Positions 1-8,528 of a stretch of 24,000 nucleotides of DNA are shown here, piece by piece. The position numbers and the translations under genes were made by a program. Below the pieces are notes generated by a model. It saw only the letters and a list, made by a program, of their open reading frames with translations, was not told where the DNA came from and made no database searches. Each line of letters opens with the position of its first letter. Position 1 is the first letter of the stretch. The DNA comes from Leptolyngbyaceae cyanobacterium (GTDB lineage: Bacteria; Cyanobacteriota; Cyanobacteriia; Phormidesmidales; Phormidesmidaceae). Where the stretch lies: positions 1,470 to 25,469 of the forward strand of contig JBHJIV010000157.1 in NCBI GenBank assembly GCA_050043105.1, given 5' to 3'.

Positions 1-825
1 AAGAATGCCGGGAATTTGCTTCATTTGTTCTGCCGTGGTCTCGTACGTAACCCCCAGGTTAAAGGCTATGCGCCGACGTGCCATCCGCTTAAAGTTCTGA
101 ATACGGGAGCTGGTAATATCTGTATTAGCTATAATCAGTTCTTCCCCAGTCAGACTGCGGAGTCGAGTTGTCTTTAGCCCAATGTGCTCGACTGTCCCCA
201 CCAGATCGCCAACGACGATAAAGTCCCCTAGTTCAAAGGGGCGGTCAAACAAGATTGAGACATAGCTAAACAAATCGCCTAAGACTCCCTGGGCCGCCAG
301 GGCAACAGCGATACCCCCGATGCCTAAACCTGCCACTACAGCAGAGATATCAAACCCAAGATTGTCTAGCAAAAAGACTATGCCAATTGCCCAAACAATA
401 ACCTTGATGGCGGGCACTATGGCATTGACCGTCTGTTCTACAGCCAGGTCGTTACCCCGTCTTAACAAATATAGCCTGGCTCCATACTCCACCAGAGAGC
501 CTAAAAGTTGAATAACGAGAACAGTCCCGACAGCGACGCAAACCACGTTAACTGACTGTTGCAAAATCGAATGTAGAGATAAGTTGCTTACGGATATATA
601 AAACGAGCCCAGGCACAGCAGCAGTAGTACAGGCCGTTCAATGATACGTATGAGCCGGTTATCTAGATCAGTTGCTGTATACCGAGACCATTTTTTGATG
701 CGAGCTACTACAACAGCCTTAATAACACGAATCGTTAACAGCGCTACCAGAAACGTTGCGATCGCAATTAAATAATCTCTAACTGTATTATTCAGAACTT
801 CTGTACTTAAAAAACCGTCCAACAC
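1..825 (-). CDS. MscS-family mechanosensitive ion channel; N-terminal 275 codons, C-terminus lies beyond the window start
   Basis: Missing from the ORF track because the frame runs off the window edge. My reverse-complement translation starts at GTG (complement of 823-825), preceded by GGAGGA (complement of 830-835), and is open for 275 codons to position 1. It reads VLDGFLSTEV...AVVAGLGIGGIAVALAAQGVLGDLFSYVSILFDRPFELGDFIVVGDLVGTVEHIGLKTTRLRSLTGEELIIANTDITSSRIQNF. That is the pore-helix plus beta-domain pattern typical of MscS-family channels, with hydrophobic TM segments upstream of it. Confidence 0.85.
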   Translation of the reverse strand, partial: MLDGFLSTEVLNNTVRDYLIAIATFLVALLTIRVIKAVVVARIKKWSRYTATDLDNRLIRIIERPVLLLLCLGSFYISVSNLSLHSILQQSVNVVCVAVGTVLVIQLLGSLVEYGARLYLLRRGNDLAVEQTVNAIVPAIKVIVWAIGIVFLLDNLGFDISAVVAGLGIGGIAVALAAQGVLGDLFSYVSILFDRPFELGDFIVVGDLVGTVEHIGLKTTRLRSLTGEELIIANTDITSSRIQNFKRMARRRIAFNLGVTYETTAEQMKQIPGIL

Positions 826-988
826 GTATTCCTCCGTTAAAACCTCAGGTGCTAAAATCAAAAATTTGCACTTGAAATTCCATTCAAATAAAAAAACGGC
901 TGATAGTAATCCCTCTGTGGGTATAAAAAGTGTCTGAGCGCTGGTGCTCGAAAATATTCAAAATTTTCACTTGTCACACTGTGCGACC

Positions 989-2011
989 CTATGCCGCAGA
1001 GACGTTGTGCAGCGCGTCTAAAATTGACAACAGTTCTACAACAACACCGTTGGTCCAGCCAAACCCTATTTCGTTAGTGCTGTAGCCAAATTGAATCTCG
1101 TCTGAGACATTGCCTGAACAACGCTCTAGATCATATTTTTCTAACAGATAGCCGCAGCGCTCAAAGTCACTGAGGGCAAGGGTCACAAAATTCTCGGCAA
1201 TCCGTTTGGCTTCGGCCTGATAGCCGTAGCGCAGCAGCCTGCGGACTGCAATTAGCTGCAACGGTGCCCAGCCAAAGGGGGCGTCCCACTGATTGCCTGA
1301 AGTATAGTTACTGGTGCGAATACCGCCTGGGGCTTCAAACTTAGAGAGATTGTCGACCACTTGCTGAGCCTGTTCAACGGTGGCGATGTCGGCCCAGAGC
1401 AGATAAAAGGTAGTAGCAAATTCATAGTAGCGCCGCCGCTCGTCGCGAAAGTTGTAGTCAAGATAGAGCCCGCTATGGCTGTCCCAGAGATACTCATTGA
1501 TCAGCTTGGCCCGCTCGTCTGCTTTATCTTGCCAGCGCTGGGCTAAGTCGGGGTACTTAAGCGTTTCATTTATATAGACCAGGTCGCACTTCATAATATA
1601 CAGCAACACGTTTAGACACACAGGAGCATAGTGGATAATGTCAACACTAAATGGTCCAAAGCGGTTGGTTGGGTCTAGACCCGATTCACGCCTGGAGCGA
1701 TCGCATTTGTAAAATAGATCCGTTAACCGGTCGCCCATGCTGTCGTAATAAAGCGTTAGGTCATAGTCAATAACAGACTGGGTTCGATAGTAGTCTTTGA
1801 TCCGCTCAAAGTGGGTACGACCGCCCTCGTCACGCTCAGAAAAGATAACTTCGGGGGCGGGGCCATCACCAATGGCATAGTAGTGAGACAACCCTATGTT
1901 GGCATCTAGGTGGGGTGGGACATTCCAGTAATAGTAGTAGCTTTCGAGCTGGGGAATGGTGGAGCGTAGCCAGTCGATATCTTGACTGTGGGAAAACCAA
2001 CCCAACACCAT
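989..2011 (-). CDS. Trehalase-family (GH37) glycoside hydrolase, C-terminal ~2/3 only; probable truncated gene remnant
   Basis: 340-aa ORF. GNQWDAPFGWAPLQ and GFGWTNGV match the trehalase signature-2 and C-terminal motifs as remembered from E. coli TreA. The ORF starts where TreA is roughly 200 aa in, so the PGGRF..YYWD signature-1 region is absent. There is an in-frame TAG four codons upstream of the ATG (2021-2023), and only 117 nt separate it from the rfpC stop. Confidence 0.7.
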   Translation of the reverse strand: MVLGWFSHSQDIDWLRSTIPQLESYYYYWNVPPHLDANIGLSHYYAIGDGPAPEVIFSERDEGGRTHFERIKDYYRTQSVIDYDLTLYYDSMGDRLTDLFYKCDRSRRESGLDPTNRFGPFSVDIIHYAPVCLNVLLYIMKCDLVYINETLKYPDLAQRWQDKADERAKLINEYLWDSHSGLYLDYNFRDERRRYYEFATTFYLLWADIATVEQAQQVVDNLSKFEAPGGIRTSNYTSGNQWDAPFGWAPLQLIAVRRLLRYGYQAEAKRIAENFVTLALSDFERCGYLLEKYDLERCSGNVSDEIQFGYSTNEIGFGWTNGVVVELLSILDALHNVSAA

Positions 2012-2128
2012 TCTCCAGGACTAGATGAACAATGGGAGAAATAAATTCACATAATGAACTCTATCAAAAGCAAAACCAAGTAAATGACTCGTCTGCACCT
2101 CTCCTAAGCGTGCTTTGGACGCTTTGAT

Positions 2129-2509
2129 TTAAAAACTGGTGCGTAATGAAGAGAAAATTTGATCAGATATCGTCATCGGATCGTAAGGTTTAGTAATAAT
2201 CGATGAGACATCTAACTTGCCAAAGAATTCTTTCTCGTGAGACTGAGCTTTGGCTGTCAAGATAATGACCGGGATCTTTTGTGTTTTGGGGTTATTTTTT
2301 AAACGTTTCAAAATTGTTAGCCCATCCATACCCGGCATCATCATATCTAACAAGATGACGTCGAGTGTCTCTGACTGTGCGATCTCAATTCCCTCAGGCC
2401 CATTACTGGCTTTTAACACATCCCAGTGACCCGTAATCTCTAAGCAAAGCTGTGTTGCTTCTCGAATGTCGGCATCATCGTCAATAATGAGAATACGCCT
2501 AGTCGTCAT
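2129..2509 (-). CDS. rfpC: RfpC, single-domain CheY-like response regulator of the FaRLiP regulatory trio
   Basis: 126 aa from the internal ATG (complement of 2507-2509): MTTRRILIIDDDADIRE...VILLDMMMPGMDG...ILTAK, a receiver domain with all acidic-pocket residues. The longer 193-aa ORF-track version overlaps the rfpA 3' end and is rejected. Context is immediately downstream of rfpB-rfpA. Confidence 0.85.
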   Translation of the reverse strand: MTTRRILIIDDDADIREATQLCLEITGHWDVLKASNGPEGIEIAQSETLDVILLDMMMPGMDGLTILKRLKNNPKTQKIPVIILTAKAQSHEKEFFGKLDVSSIITKPYDPMTISDQIFSSLRTSF

Positions 2510-5093
2510 CGGTGGAGGTCTCCTGTTGAAAAAATGGAGCGGAAGTGTCTTCTCTAGAAACTCTGGGTAATATGGGCAGGGTAAAGTAGAAGGTACTCCC
2601 GGCCCCAACAGCGCTCTGGGCCCAAATTTTCCCCTCGTGCTTTTGCACAATGCTGCGGCAGATGGCAAGTCCCAAACCCGTTCCCCCCTGGTGACCAACG
2701 TCGGACCCATCTAGTTGCTCAAAGCGATCAAAAATAACCTCGACTTTATCTTTGGGAATTCCCTGCCCGTAATCTTTAACGGCGATTAGCAACAGTGACT
2801 CAGCAATCGCTAAACCAGCCTGTATCGCATCTCTCCCGTTATTATCTAAGCTTTTTTCGATAAATGATACATTCTTGACATGAATCTGCTGAGCATTGAC
2901 CTCAACAACGGTGCCAGCAGGAGAGAACTTGATCGCATTACTCAGTAAGTTAGTCAGAGTTTGAATGATCCTATCCGGTGCGACCCATAGCTGAACTGAA
3001 AGCGGAGAAACAATCAGTTGAATATCGTGCTTCTCGGCCATAGCCCGCATTTCATCTGCAGCTTGAGACATAATACTAGACAGATTACAGGTTCTTTTAT
3101 TAAGGTCTACCTTGCCGAGCTTAATACGCTCAACATCTAAAATATCGTTGATTAATCGTACATGTCTGTTTGTTTTTGAAAACGCGATTTCGTCCATGCG
3201 CTGGCGTTTGGCATCTGAGATATCTATTGTTTCTTGGGCCAATAGCCCCAACGCTGCTCGGATGGAGGTTAACGGCGTTCGTAATTCATGACTGACAACG
3301 GCAATAAATTCATCTTTCATCGATTCAATCACTTGCCGTTCGGTAATATCCTTAAAGATAACAACTGCACCAACAATCGTATCATTCTCATAAATCGGGG
3401 TGCTGACGTATTCTGTAGGAAATTCAAATCTCCCCAGCCGTTGAAAGATGTCACCAGCGACATGACAGGTTTGACCCTGTTTTAAGGTCTTAAAGATAGG
3501 GTTCTGTTGCCAACTGTAGGGTATTTTTTCTGACGATGCATGATTTACCAGCCTGTGCATAAATTGACCGATGAGTTTCTCTTTTGCATAACACAATATT
3601 CTTGCAGCGGCGGTGTTGACAAACTCCTTTTTACCGTCAGGATCTAGAACATAAATACCCTCACCTGCAGAATTAAGAATCAGTTCATTTTGATGACTAA
3701 GACGCTTGAGTGAATCCCGAGCCTGCTGCAGTTCTCTCAGGGTACGCTCTCGTTCTTCAATTTCTTGTTTTAGGTCTTCATTGAGCTGCTGCAGTTCGAG
3801 GGTGCGCTGTAGTACCCGCGACTCCAAGTCAGCATTTAATAATTGAACTTCTCGATATAGCTGAGTTTGATAGATAATTGAGGCAAATCGGTCGGACAGC
3901 TCATGAAAAAGACCAACTTCATGGGCTGTCCAAGGATTGGCCTGATCCTGCTTTAGCTCTCGCCAAGTTTCAAAAGATTGACGTGGGCGCTGCTGACGTG
4001 GGTCAGAGGTGTCTAGTTTGCCTGCCCAAATAGTTTCATAATCAATAGACTGACGAAACAGGCTCAGATATCCGAGAATACGATTGTGATGGGTTAGCTT
4101 AGCAATCATTACACTTCGAATACCGCCACCGATTAGGGCAGACGTCAGTGTCCATGAAAGCTGAGTCTGTTTGATATCAGACATAACCCACAGTTGACCA
4201 ACTGACTGATTAGGGGATTCAGTCTCAAGCCAGCGTTGCCAGTCTGGGAGCTGCTCTAAGATTTGCTGGTGGCGTTTAGGTAAAACAATCTTGGTTAGCT
4301 CAGGTTGAAGACCATTAAGCACGAGCTGACCCTTGGATTCTGCATCGTTTTTTGTAATATAGAGTCTGCCACCTACACTTTGTAAGTCTCTAACTGTCTG
4401 GTCAAGAGCCTTTTGCAAAGAATCTTGGGGTGTAGAATGCAGACGTGAGACAACTTGATTGATAATTGCCTCATGTCGTCCTTGTAGGCGGGTCAGGCGC
4501 AGTAGATTAGCATGGCCAATCGCCACTGCAACTTGATCGGCAATTAGCTGAACCACCTCTAATTCTTTACGACTAAACCTGCGGGGGGCACTATTGTGGG
4601 CCACTAACAGCCCCCAAAGCTGATGGCGGTGAAAAATGGGTACAGCCAAAGACGCTTGTACTCCCATTGCCATTAAATAGTCAACATGACAGGGGTCAAC
4701 CGGACGAACCCACAGGTTAGTTTTTAGAGGCTCCTGAGTTGTTTTATTAATCAGTGGACTGATGCCGATTTCTCGTTTTTTAACGTTAACAATCGTGCGC
4801 TGTCGGGCCTTGATAAACATCTCACGAGCGTGCTCTGGAATATCACCTGCTGGAAACCGATGGCCTAGTAGTGAGGGCAACCGTTCGTTTCGAATGGCCT
4901 CTGCAATCACTTCGCCACTATTGTCGTCATCAAACCGATAAACTTTGACCCGATCGGTTCCTAAGAACCCTCTCATTTCGTTGACAGTAGCGCTTAAAAT
5001 TTCAGGTAGCTCAATCGACTGACGAATGCGGTCGGTCATTCGATGCAACAGTTCCTCAGGGGTTTTAATTGCTCGAATAGATTGGAGAGTCAT
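2499..5093 (-). CDS. rfpA: RfpA, knotless phytochrome-type sensor histidine kinase (GAF-GAF-coiled coil-PAS-HisKA-HATPase)
   Basis: The GAF domain starts almost at the N-terminus, with no N-terminal PAS. It has the canonical bilin-binding motif VRPVDPCHVDYL (Cys codon at complement of 4689-4691). Downstream are a second GAF-like region, a coiled coil (LESRVLQRTLELQQLNEDLKQEIEERERTLRELQQARD), a PAS domain, the H-box VSHELRTPLTSI and the G-boxes DYGQGIP / GGTGLGLAI. I place the start at ATG 5093. The ORF-track start at 5225 is a TTG directly abutting the rfpB stop. Confidence 0.85.
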   Translation of the reverse strand: MTLQSIRAIKTPEELLHRMTDRIRQSIELPEILSATVNEMRGFLGTDRVKVYRFDDDNSGEVIAEAIRNERLPSLLGHRFPAGDIPEHAREMFIKARQRTIVNVKKREIGISPLINKTTQEPLKTNLWVRPVDPCHVDYLMAMGVQASLAVPIFHRHQLWGLLVAHNSAPRRFSRKELEVVQLIADQVAVAIGHANLLRLTRLQGRHEAIINQVVSRLHSTPQDSLQKALDQTVRDLQSVGGRLYITKNDAESKGQLVLNGLQPELTKIVLPKRHQQILEQLPDWQRWLETESPNQSVGQLWVMSDIKQTQLSWTLTSALIGGGIRSVMIAKLTHHNRILGYLSLFRQSIDYETIWAGKLDTSDPRQQRPRQSFETWRELKQDQANPWTAHEVGLFHELSDRFASIIYQTQLYREVQLLNADLESRVLQRTLELQQLNEDLKQEIEERERTLRELQQARDSLKRLSHQNELILNSAGEGIYVLDPDGKKEFVNTAAARILCYAKEKLIGQFMHRLVNHASSEKIPYSWQQNPIFKTLKQGQTCHVAGDIFQRLGRFEFPTEYVSTPIYENDTIVGAVVIFKDITERQVIESMKDEFIAVVSHELRTPLTSIRAALGLLAQETIDISDAKRQRMDEIAFSKTNRHVRLINDILDVERIKLGKVDLNKRTCNLSSIMSQAADEMRAMAEKHDIQLIVSPLSVQLWVAPDRIIQTLTNLLSNAIKFSPAGTVVEVNAQQIHVKNVSFIEKSLDNNGRDAIQAGLAIAESLLLIAVKDYGQGIPKDKVEVIFDRFEQLDGSDVGHQGGTGLGLAICRSIVQKHEGKIWAQSAVGAGSTFYFTLPILPRVSREDTSAPFFQQETSTDDD

Positions 5094-5225
5094 GAGAAAA
5101 GCAGGGGTATAACGGTTTCTAAAATTGAGCTGGTTTCTTGAGCTATGCCTGCATTGTTCAATTCTCTTTGGAAGTGCAAACGTCTCCAAGATGTAAAATA
5201 GAGGGTTGAGCCCTGGCGCGATCAA

Positions 5226-7151
5226 CTAATTAAAGACGCTGTGCTCAGTTAGCGTAGCCATGGCCTGCTGAAGCTGAGATCGCCTCAGCTGATTACAGAG
5301 ACGGATCAGCAGATCTGAGTCAGCCGATGATTTTTCGACTAAATCATCAGCCCCAGCTCTAAGAGCCGCCGCTTTTGAATCAGCATCGCTACGGGCTGTA
5401 AAGAAAATGATGGGTAGCTGATGCCAAATAGGGGCCTGACGGACGGCCTGGCAAAGTTCCATACCCGTAAAGTCCGGCATTTCCATATCTAGTAAAAGCA
5501 GGTCTGGGCATGCTGTTTGTAGCGTGACCCAAAAATCAAGTGGTTGACTGAGGGTCACCAGCCGCAGTCCTTTGGGTTCTAAGAGAACCCGCAGCGCTGC
5601 CAAGACTTGTGGATCATCATCGACGGCTAATACGGTGGGTCGTTGGCGATGCGATCGCACCTCTAACACACTCTTGAGCATGGTAGAAACATCTGGGCTA
5701 TGGAGAAAAGAGTGGCTGCCTAGCTGAGCGGCTTTAACGCGACTGGCGAGACTGCCATCGACACTACCGATTAACACTGGCAGCGGCGGCAGCTGATTGA
5801 TTAAATTCGACAGTCGCTCTAAATCACCCTGATCTAGAGTGGCCAAACAGACATTGAATAAGACTACATCCGGTAGCTCAGCTTTGAATTCAGCTGCGTC
5901 TGGTGAGCTATCTGCTTGCACTTCATGGCGCTGGGTGACCTTGATTGCTTGCCGTACCGCTTCTAATGCCGATTCGCTCAGCGCCACCTGCACAGTCAGG
6001 TTTTTTGCTTGAAGGGCTTTAATCAGCTGATCAAATAAGTCTGAATTGTTATCAATCAAAACCAATAGAGGAGCAGCTAGCCCGGTTTTTGACTGCTCTA
6101 TTTGATCACAGGTTTGAATGAGTTGTTCTTCTAATGAGTTAACTAGCTCAGTCAGCTGTTGTTGATCATAGGGGTTAGTCAGCGTATCCTGCCGGAGAAT
6201 TGTTTCAATCGCTCGGGCCAAATCAGAGCCCAAGCGAAGACCAAATATACCCAGCGCCCCGGTTAGACTATGGGCAGCCCGAACCGAAGCCTGTTGCAAA
6301 TCATGAGTAAGACAATTATTCTGTAGTGCTTGATTGGTTTGCTTTAATAGCTCAAGTCGTTCCAGCTGCTGAGGCTTGACCGTTGGCCAGAGCGTCACCA
6401 AAGCGGCTCTGGTCTTTTGATAATACATCACAGGATTGCTGCTGCCTAGAGCCGGTTGAGCGGGTGCTTCAGATGTATCAGTCGATTTAAGGCGATAGCC
6501 AACACCATATACGGTTTTAATCAGATCGCCCGGTGCCCCCGCTTCAGTTAGCTTGCGGCGTAATCCTTTCACATGGGACGTGACCGTATCTTCACCGGGG
6601 GCGTCACTGCAGCTCCAGAGATTATCTAAAATAGCACCTCGGCTAAACACCTGAGATGGGTTTCTCATAAATAACTCCAGCAGCCCATATTCTTTTGGCG
6701 TCAGCTGTAGAGTAATCTCTCCATAGTTAACGTCTCGACTATTGAGATCTAACCGTAGCTTACCCCACTCAAGTGTCGATAAAACTGGTGTGTGAACGCG
6801 TCGTAAAAGAACTCGCACCCGTGCTAACAGTTCTTCAAGTTCTAGAGGCTTGATCAGATAGTCGTCAGCTCCTGCATTCAGTCCGGCAATTTTTTTGGTG
6901 TTAGAATCTAGGGCTGTCACCAACAGCACAGGCATATTGTAAGAACGCTCTCGTAGACGACGACAAAACTGCAGGCCATCTAACTCAGGCAACACAATAT
7001 CTAAGACGACCAAGTCATAGCTAAAGGTGCTAACAAGATGCCAGCCAGTCTGACCATCATTGGCAACATCTACAGCATAATTTTCATCAGTCAAAACTTT
7101 CTGGAGAGCTTTGGCAACTGATTCATCATCCTCAACGAGTAGAATCCTCAT
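5226..7151 (-). CDS. rfpB: RfpB, multidomain response regulator / transcription factor (REC - OmpR winged helix - Hpt-like - degenerate REC - REC)
   Basis: 641 aa. N-terminal receiver: MRILLVEDDE...LVVLDIVLPELDG...DDYLIKP. OmpR/PhoB-type wHTH: LTPKEYGLLELFMRNP...TVYGVGYRL. C-terminal receiver: VLAVDDDP...LLLLDMEMPDFTG. The gene sits between the PSI paralog operon and rfpA. Confidence 0.85.
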   Translation of the reverse strand: MRILLVEDDESVAKALQKVLTDENYAVDVANDGQTGWHLVSTFSYDLVVLDIVLPELDGLQFCRRLRERSYNMPVLLVTALDSNTKKIAGLNAGADDYLIKPLELEELLARVRVLLRRVHTPVLSTLEWGKLRLDLNSRDVNYGEITLQLTPKEYGLLELFMRNPSQVFSRGAILDNLWSCSDAPGEDTVTSHVKGLRRKLTEAGAPGDLIKTVYGVGYRLKSTDTSEAPAQPALGSSNPVMYYQKTRAALVTLWPTVKPQQLERLELLKQTNQALQNNCLTHDLQQASVRAAHSLTGALGIFGLRLGSDLARAIETILRQDTLTNPYDQQQLTELVNSLEEQLIQTCDQIEQSKTGLAAPLLVLIDNNSDLFDQLIKALQAKNLTVQVALSESALEAVRQAIKVTQRHEVQADSSPDAAEFKAELPDVVLFNVCLATLDQGDLERLSNLINQLPPLPVLIGSVDGSLASRVKAAQLGSHSFLHSPDVSTMLKSVLEVRSHRQRPTVLAVDDDPQVLAALRVLLEPKGLRLVTLSQPLDFWVTLQTACPDLLLLDMEMPDFTGMELCQAVRQAPIWHQLPIIFFTARSDADSKAAALRAGADDLVEKSSADSDLLIRLCNQLRRSQLQQAMATLTEHSVFN

Positions 7152-7477
7152 AATTGATTGCCTGTATTAAACAGTTTTTTATTAGTGAAATTGAGTTAAA
7201 TCGGTGATGTTGTCTGAATGTATGGTCCATTTTTTTATTTAAATAAATATTAATGAATTCTCCCTTAACTTATCACTGAGTTTACAAAAGTTATATTTGT
7301 TATTAATCTAAAATTCAGCGGTGTGAGGCTCAAAAGCTTTTCTACTTCTTGATACATTCTCGATATAGAAGGCTGTTTATAAAAATCTTCTGTGGATAAA
7401 AGTAGTGAATAGCTAGAGGGGAAGATGTCTTACCCAAATTTTTGGTGTCTCGTTAAGTCTCCCCTCTGGATGCTTAC

Positions 7478-7618
7478 TCAAGGTGTGCCATGAAAATAGG
7501 TGCCATACTGTAAGCCGGGAAAAATGCGATTTAGTTCAATCATCACTCCAGATAAAATAACCAGAGTGGCTGCGGCCATGATGGGGGCACTGGTCAAATA
7601 TTTGATGAAATATTGCAT
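7478..7618 (-). CDS. psaJ2: Photosystem I subunit IX (PsaJ), far-red paralog
   Basis: 46 aa from the internal ATG (complement of 7616-7618), preceded by AGGAG: MQYFIKYLTSAPIMAAATLVILSGVMIELNRIFPGLQYG.... It matches the PsaJ pattern (..FLSTAPV....L...AG.LIEFNRF.P). The 29-codon upstream extension in the ORF track has no homology. Confidence 0.8.
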   Translation of the reverse strand: MQYFIKYLTSAPIMAAATLVILSGVMIELNRIFPGLQYGTYFHGTP

Positions 7619-7727
7619 AGAATTCTCCTGGTTAAAACATTGATATTGCTGTTCCTCGGGACGGTTTTGGTTGTGGCAGTTAAATAGCCACGGCTCTCGA
7701 CTCATGCCCTCAGCGATCGCAACCCAT

Positions 7728-8210
7728 CTATCGAGGGGATACCGACAGCTCAGAATCTTTTGTTGTGAGTTCTCCGGAAAGCAATTCTTTGACCGCTAGT
7801 AGAGGCCACAGTAGTCCTTGTGCAAAGGAACGAATGGCTAATGGGATATCGATAAAGATTTCAAACTCCTCTGGTTTAGACGATTGCTTAGCGTCAATTA
7901 GGTAGGCTCGACCCGACCAGCCGACAAAGCCTGCAAAGTAAAAGAAAATAACAAAGGGAATAATCACATCTAGGGCTCGGTCAAGTCTGAGCTGTAGATG
8001 CGGTAACCCATCGTCTCCACACAGCAGATTAGAGGCATAAAGCTGATAGGGTTGCTCAAAGTAATAGCTCTGGGGCGCATTATACATACGTTCTTGAAAT
8101 GCCCCTGAGGTTTGGCAAGGAACAAGATGGGTGCCTGTATCTGCCACGGCAGGTGAAGCAATGCTTGTCCAAAGCATTGTCGTCAACAAAATTGCAAAAA
8201 GCTTTTGCAT
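7728..8210 (-). CDS. psaF2: Photosystem I subunit III (PsaF), far-red paralog
   Basis: 160 aa with a signal peptide, then DTGTHLVPCQTSGAFQER...LLCGDDGLPHL...GFVGWSGRAYL, which is the typical PsaF lumenal domain and TM helix. AGGAGA lies 7 nt upstream of the ATG. Confidence 0.9.
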   Translation of the reverse strand: MQKLFAILLTTMLWTSIASPAVADTGTHLVPCQTSGAFQERMYNAPQSYYFEQPYQLYASNLLCGDDGLPHLQLRLDRALDVIIPFVIFFYFAGFVGWSGRAYLIDAKQSSKPEEFEIFIDIPLAIRSFAQGLLWPLLAVKELLSGELTTKDSELSVSPR

Positions 8211-8249
8211 AACACTGTCTCCTATTAGATTAAACCAAACTAAACCGGC

Positions 8250-8477
8250 CTACAGCGGTGTACTTTCGATAAAATCACCTTTCATGACGGGCTGAGATTC
8301 AGATGGTAACGATGTTGACACTTCTCCCATTATTTGCTCGCTATTGCTTTCTTTTTCAATCCAGAGAAAGATAATAGCGAAGATAGGAAACGGCAGAATA
8401 TAAAAAATCAGCGGGATCATAATCCAGGGTAGCCATGAAATGGCATAGTCTCCGGTCAGTTGAGTCATATCGGTCAT
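8250..8477 (-). CDS. psaI2: Photosystem I subunit VIII (PsaI), far-red paralog with a long C-terminal tail
   Basis: The N-terminal 42 aa, MTDMTQLTGDYAISWLPWIMIPLIFYILPFPIFAIIFLWIEK, match the PsaI pattern (..SYAASFLPWI.IP.......P.....L.FLYIE). AAGGAG lies just upstream. The ORF runs about 30 aa past the usual PsaI end. Confidence 0.75.
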   Translation of the reverse strand: MTDMTQLTGDYAISWLPWIMIPLIFYILPFPIFAIIFLWIEKESNSEQIMGEVSTSLPSESQPVMKGDFIESTPL

Positions 8478-8528
8478 GGGGCTCCTTTAGATGTCTAAAC
8501 AGCAATTCAATTGTTGTTGGGTCCGCGT

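Noticed and set aside
320-511. 63-aa plus-strand ORF
   Set aside because: It lies antisense to the well-supported MscS-family reading frame. It has no recognisable motif and no RBS.
1252-1546. 81-aa minus-strand and 61-aa plus-strand ORFs inside the trehalase gene
   Set aside because: They are alternative-frame and antisense overlaps of a frame with clear GH37 motifs, and their composition is low-complexity.
2106-2124. 6-bp stem hairpin (aagcgt/acgctt) after the rfpC stop
   Set aside because: The stem is short and no U-run follows on the minus-strand transcript, so it is too weak to call a terminator.
2510-2710. 67-codon N-terminal extension of the rfpC ORF (193-aa version)
   Set aside because: The extension overlaps the HATPase domain of rfpA in another frame. 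Receiver-domain homology starts exactly at the internal ATG at 2509.
3288-3485. 65-aa plus-strand ORF
   Set aside because: It is antisense to the rfpA PAS/HisKA region and has no support.
5094-5225. TTG-initiated 44-codon leader on rfpA
   Set aside because: The TTG directly abuts the rfpB stop, which is a longest-ORF artefact. The leader (MIAPGLNPLFYILETFALPKRIEQC...) has no domain character. I keep it only as an alternative start.
7415-7467. 8-bp inverted repeat agagggga/tcccctct just downstream of psaJ2, a possible terminator before the rfp genes
   Set aside because: The 37-nt loop and the lack of a following U-tract on the transcript make it unconvincing. Whether the rfpBAC genes are transcribed separately cannot be decided from the sequence.
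7619-7705. Upstream extension of psaJ2 (75-aa version)
   Set aside because: PsaJ homology and the AGGAG RBS both point to the ATG at 7618.
7970-8161. 63-aa minus-strand ORF within psaF2
   Set aside because: It is an alternative frame of a clearly homologous PsaF gene.
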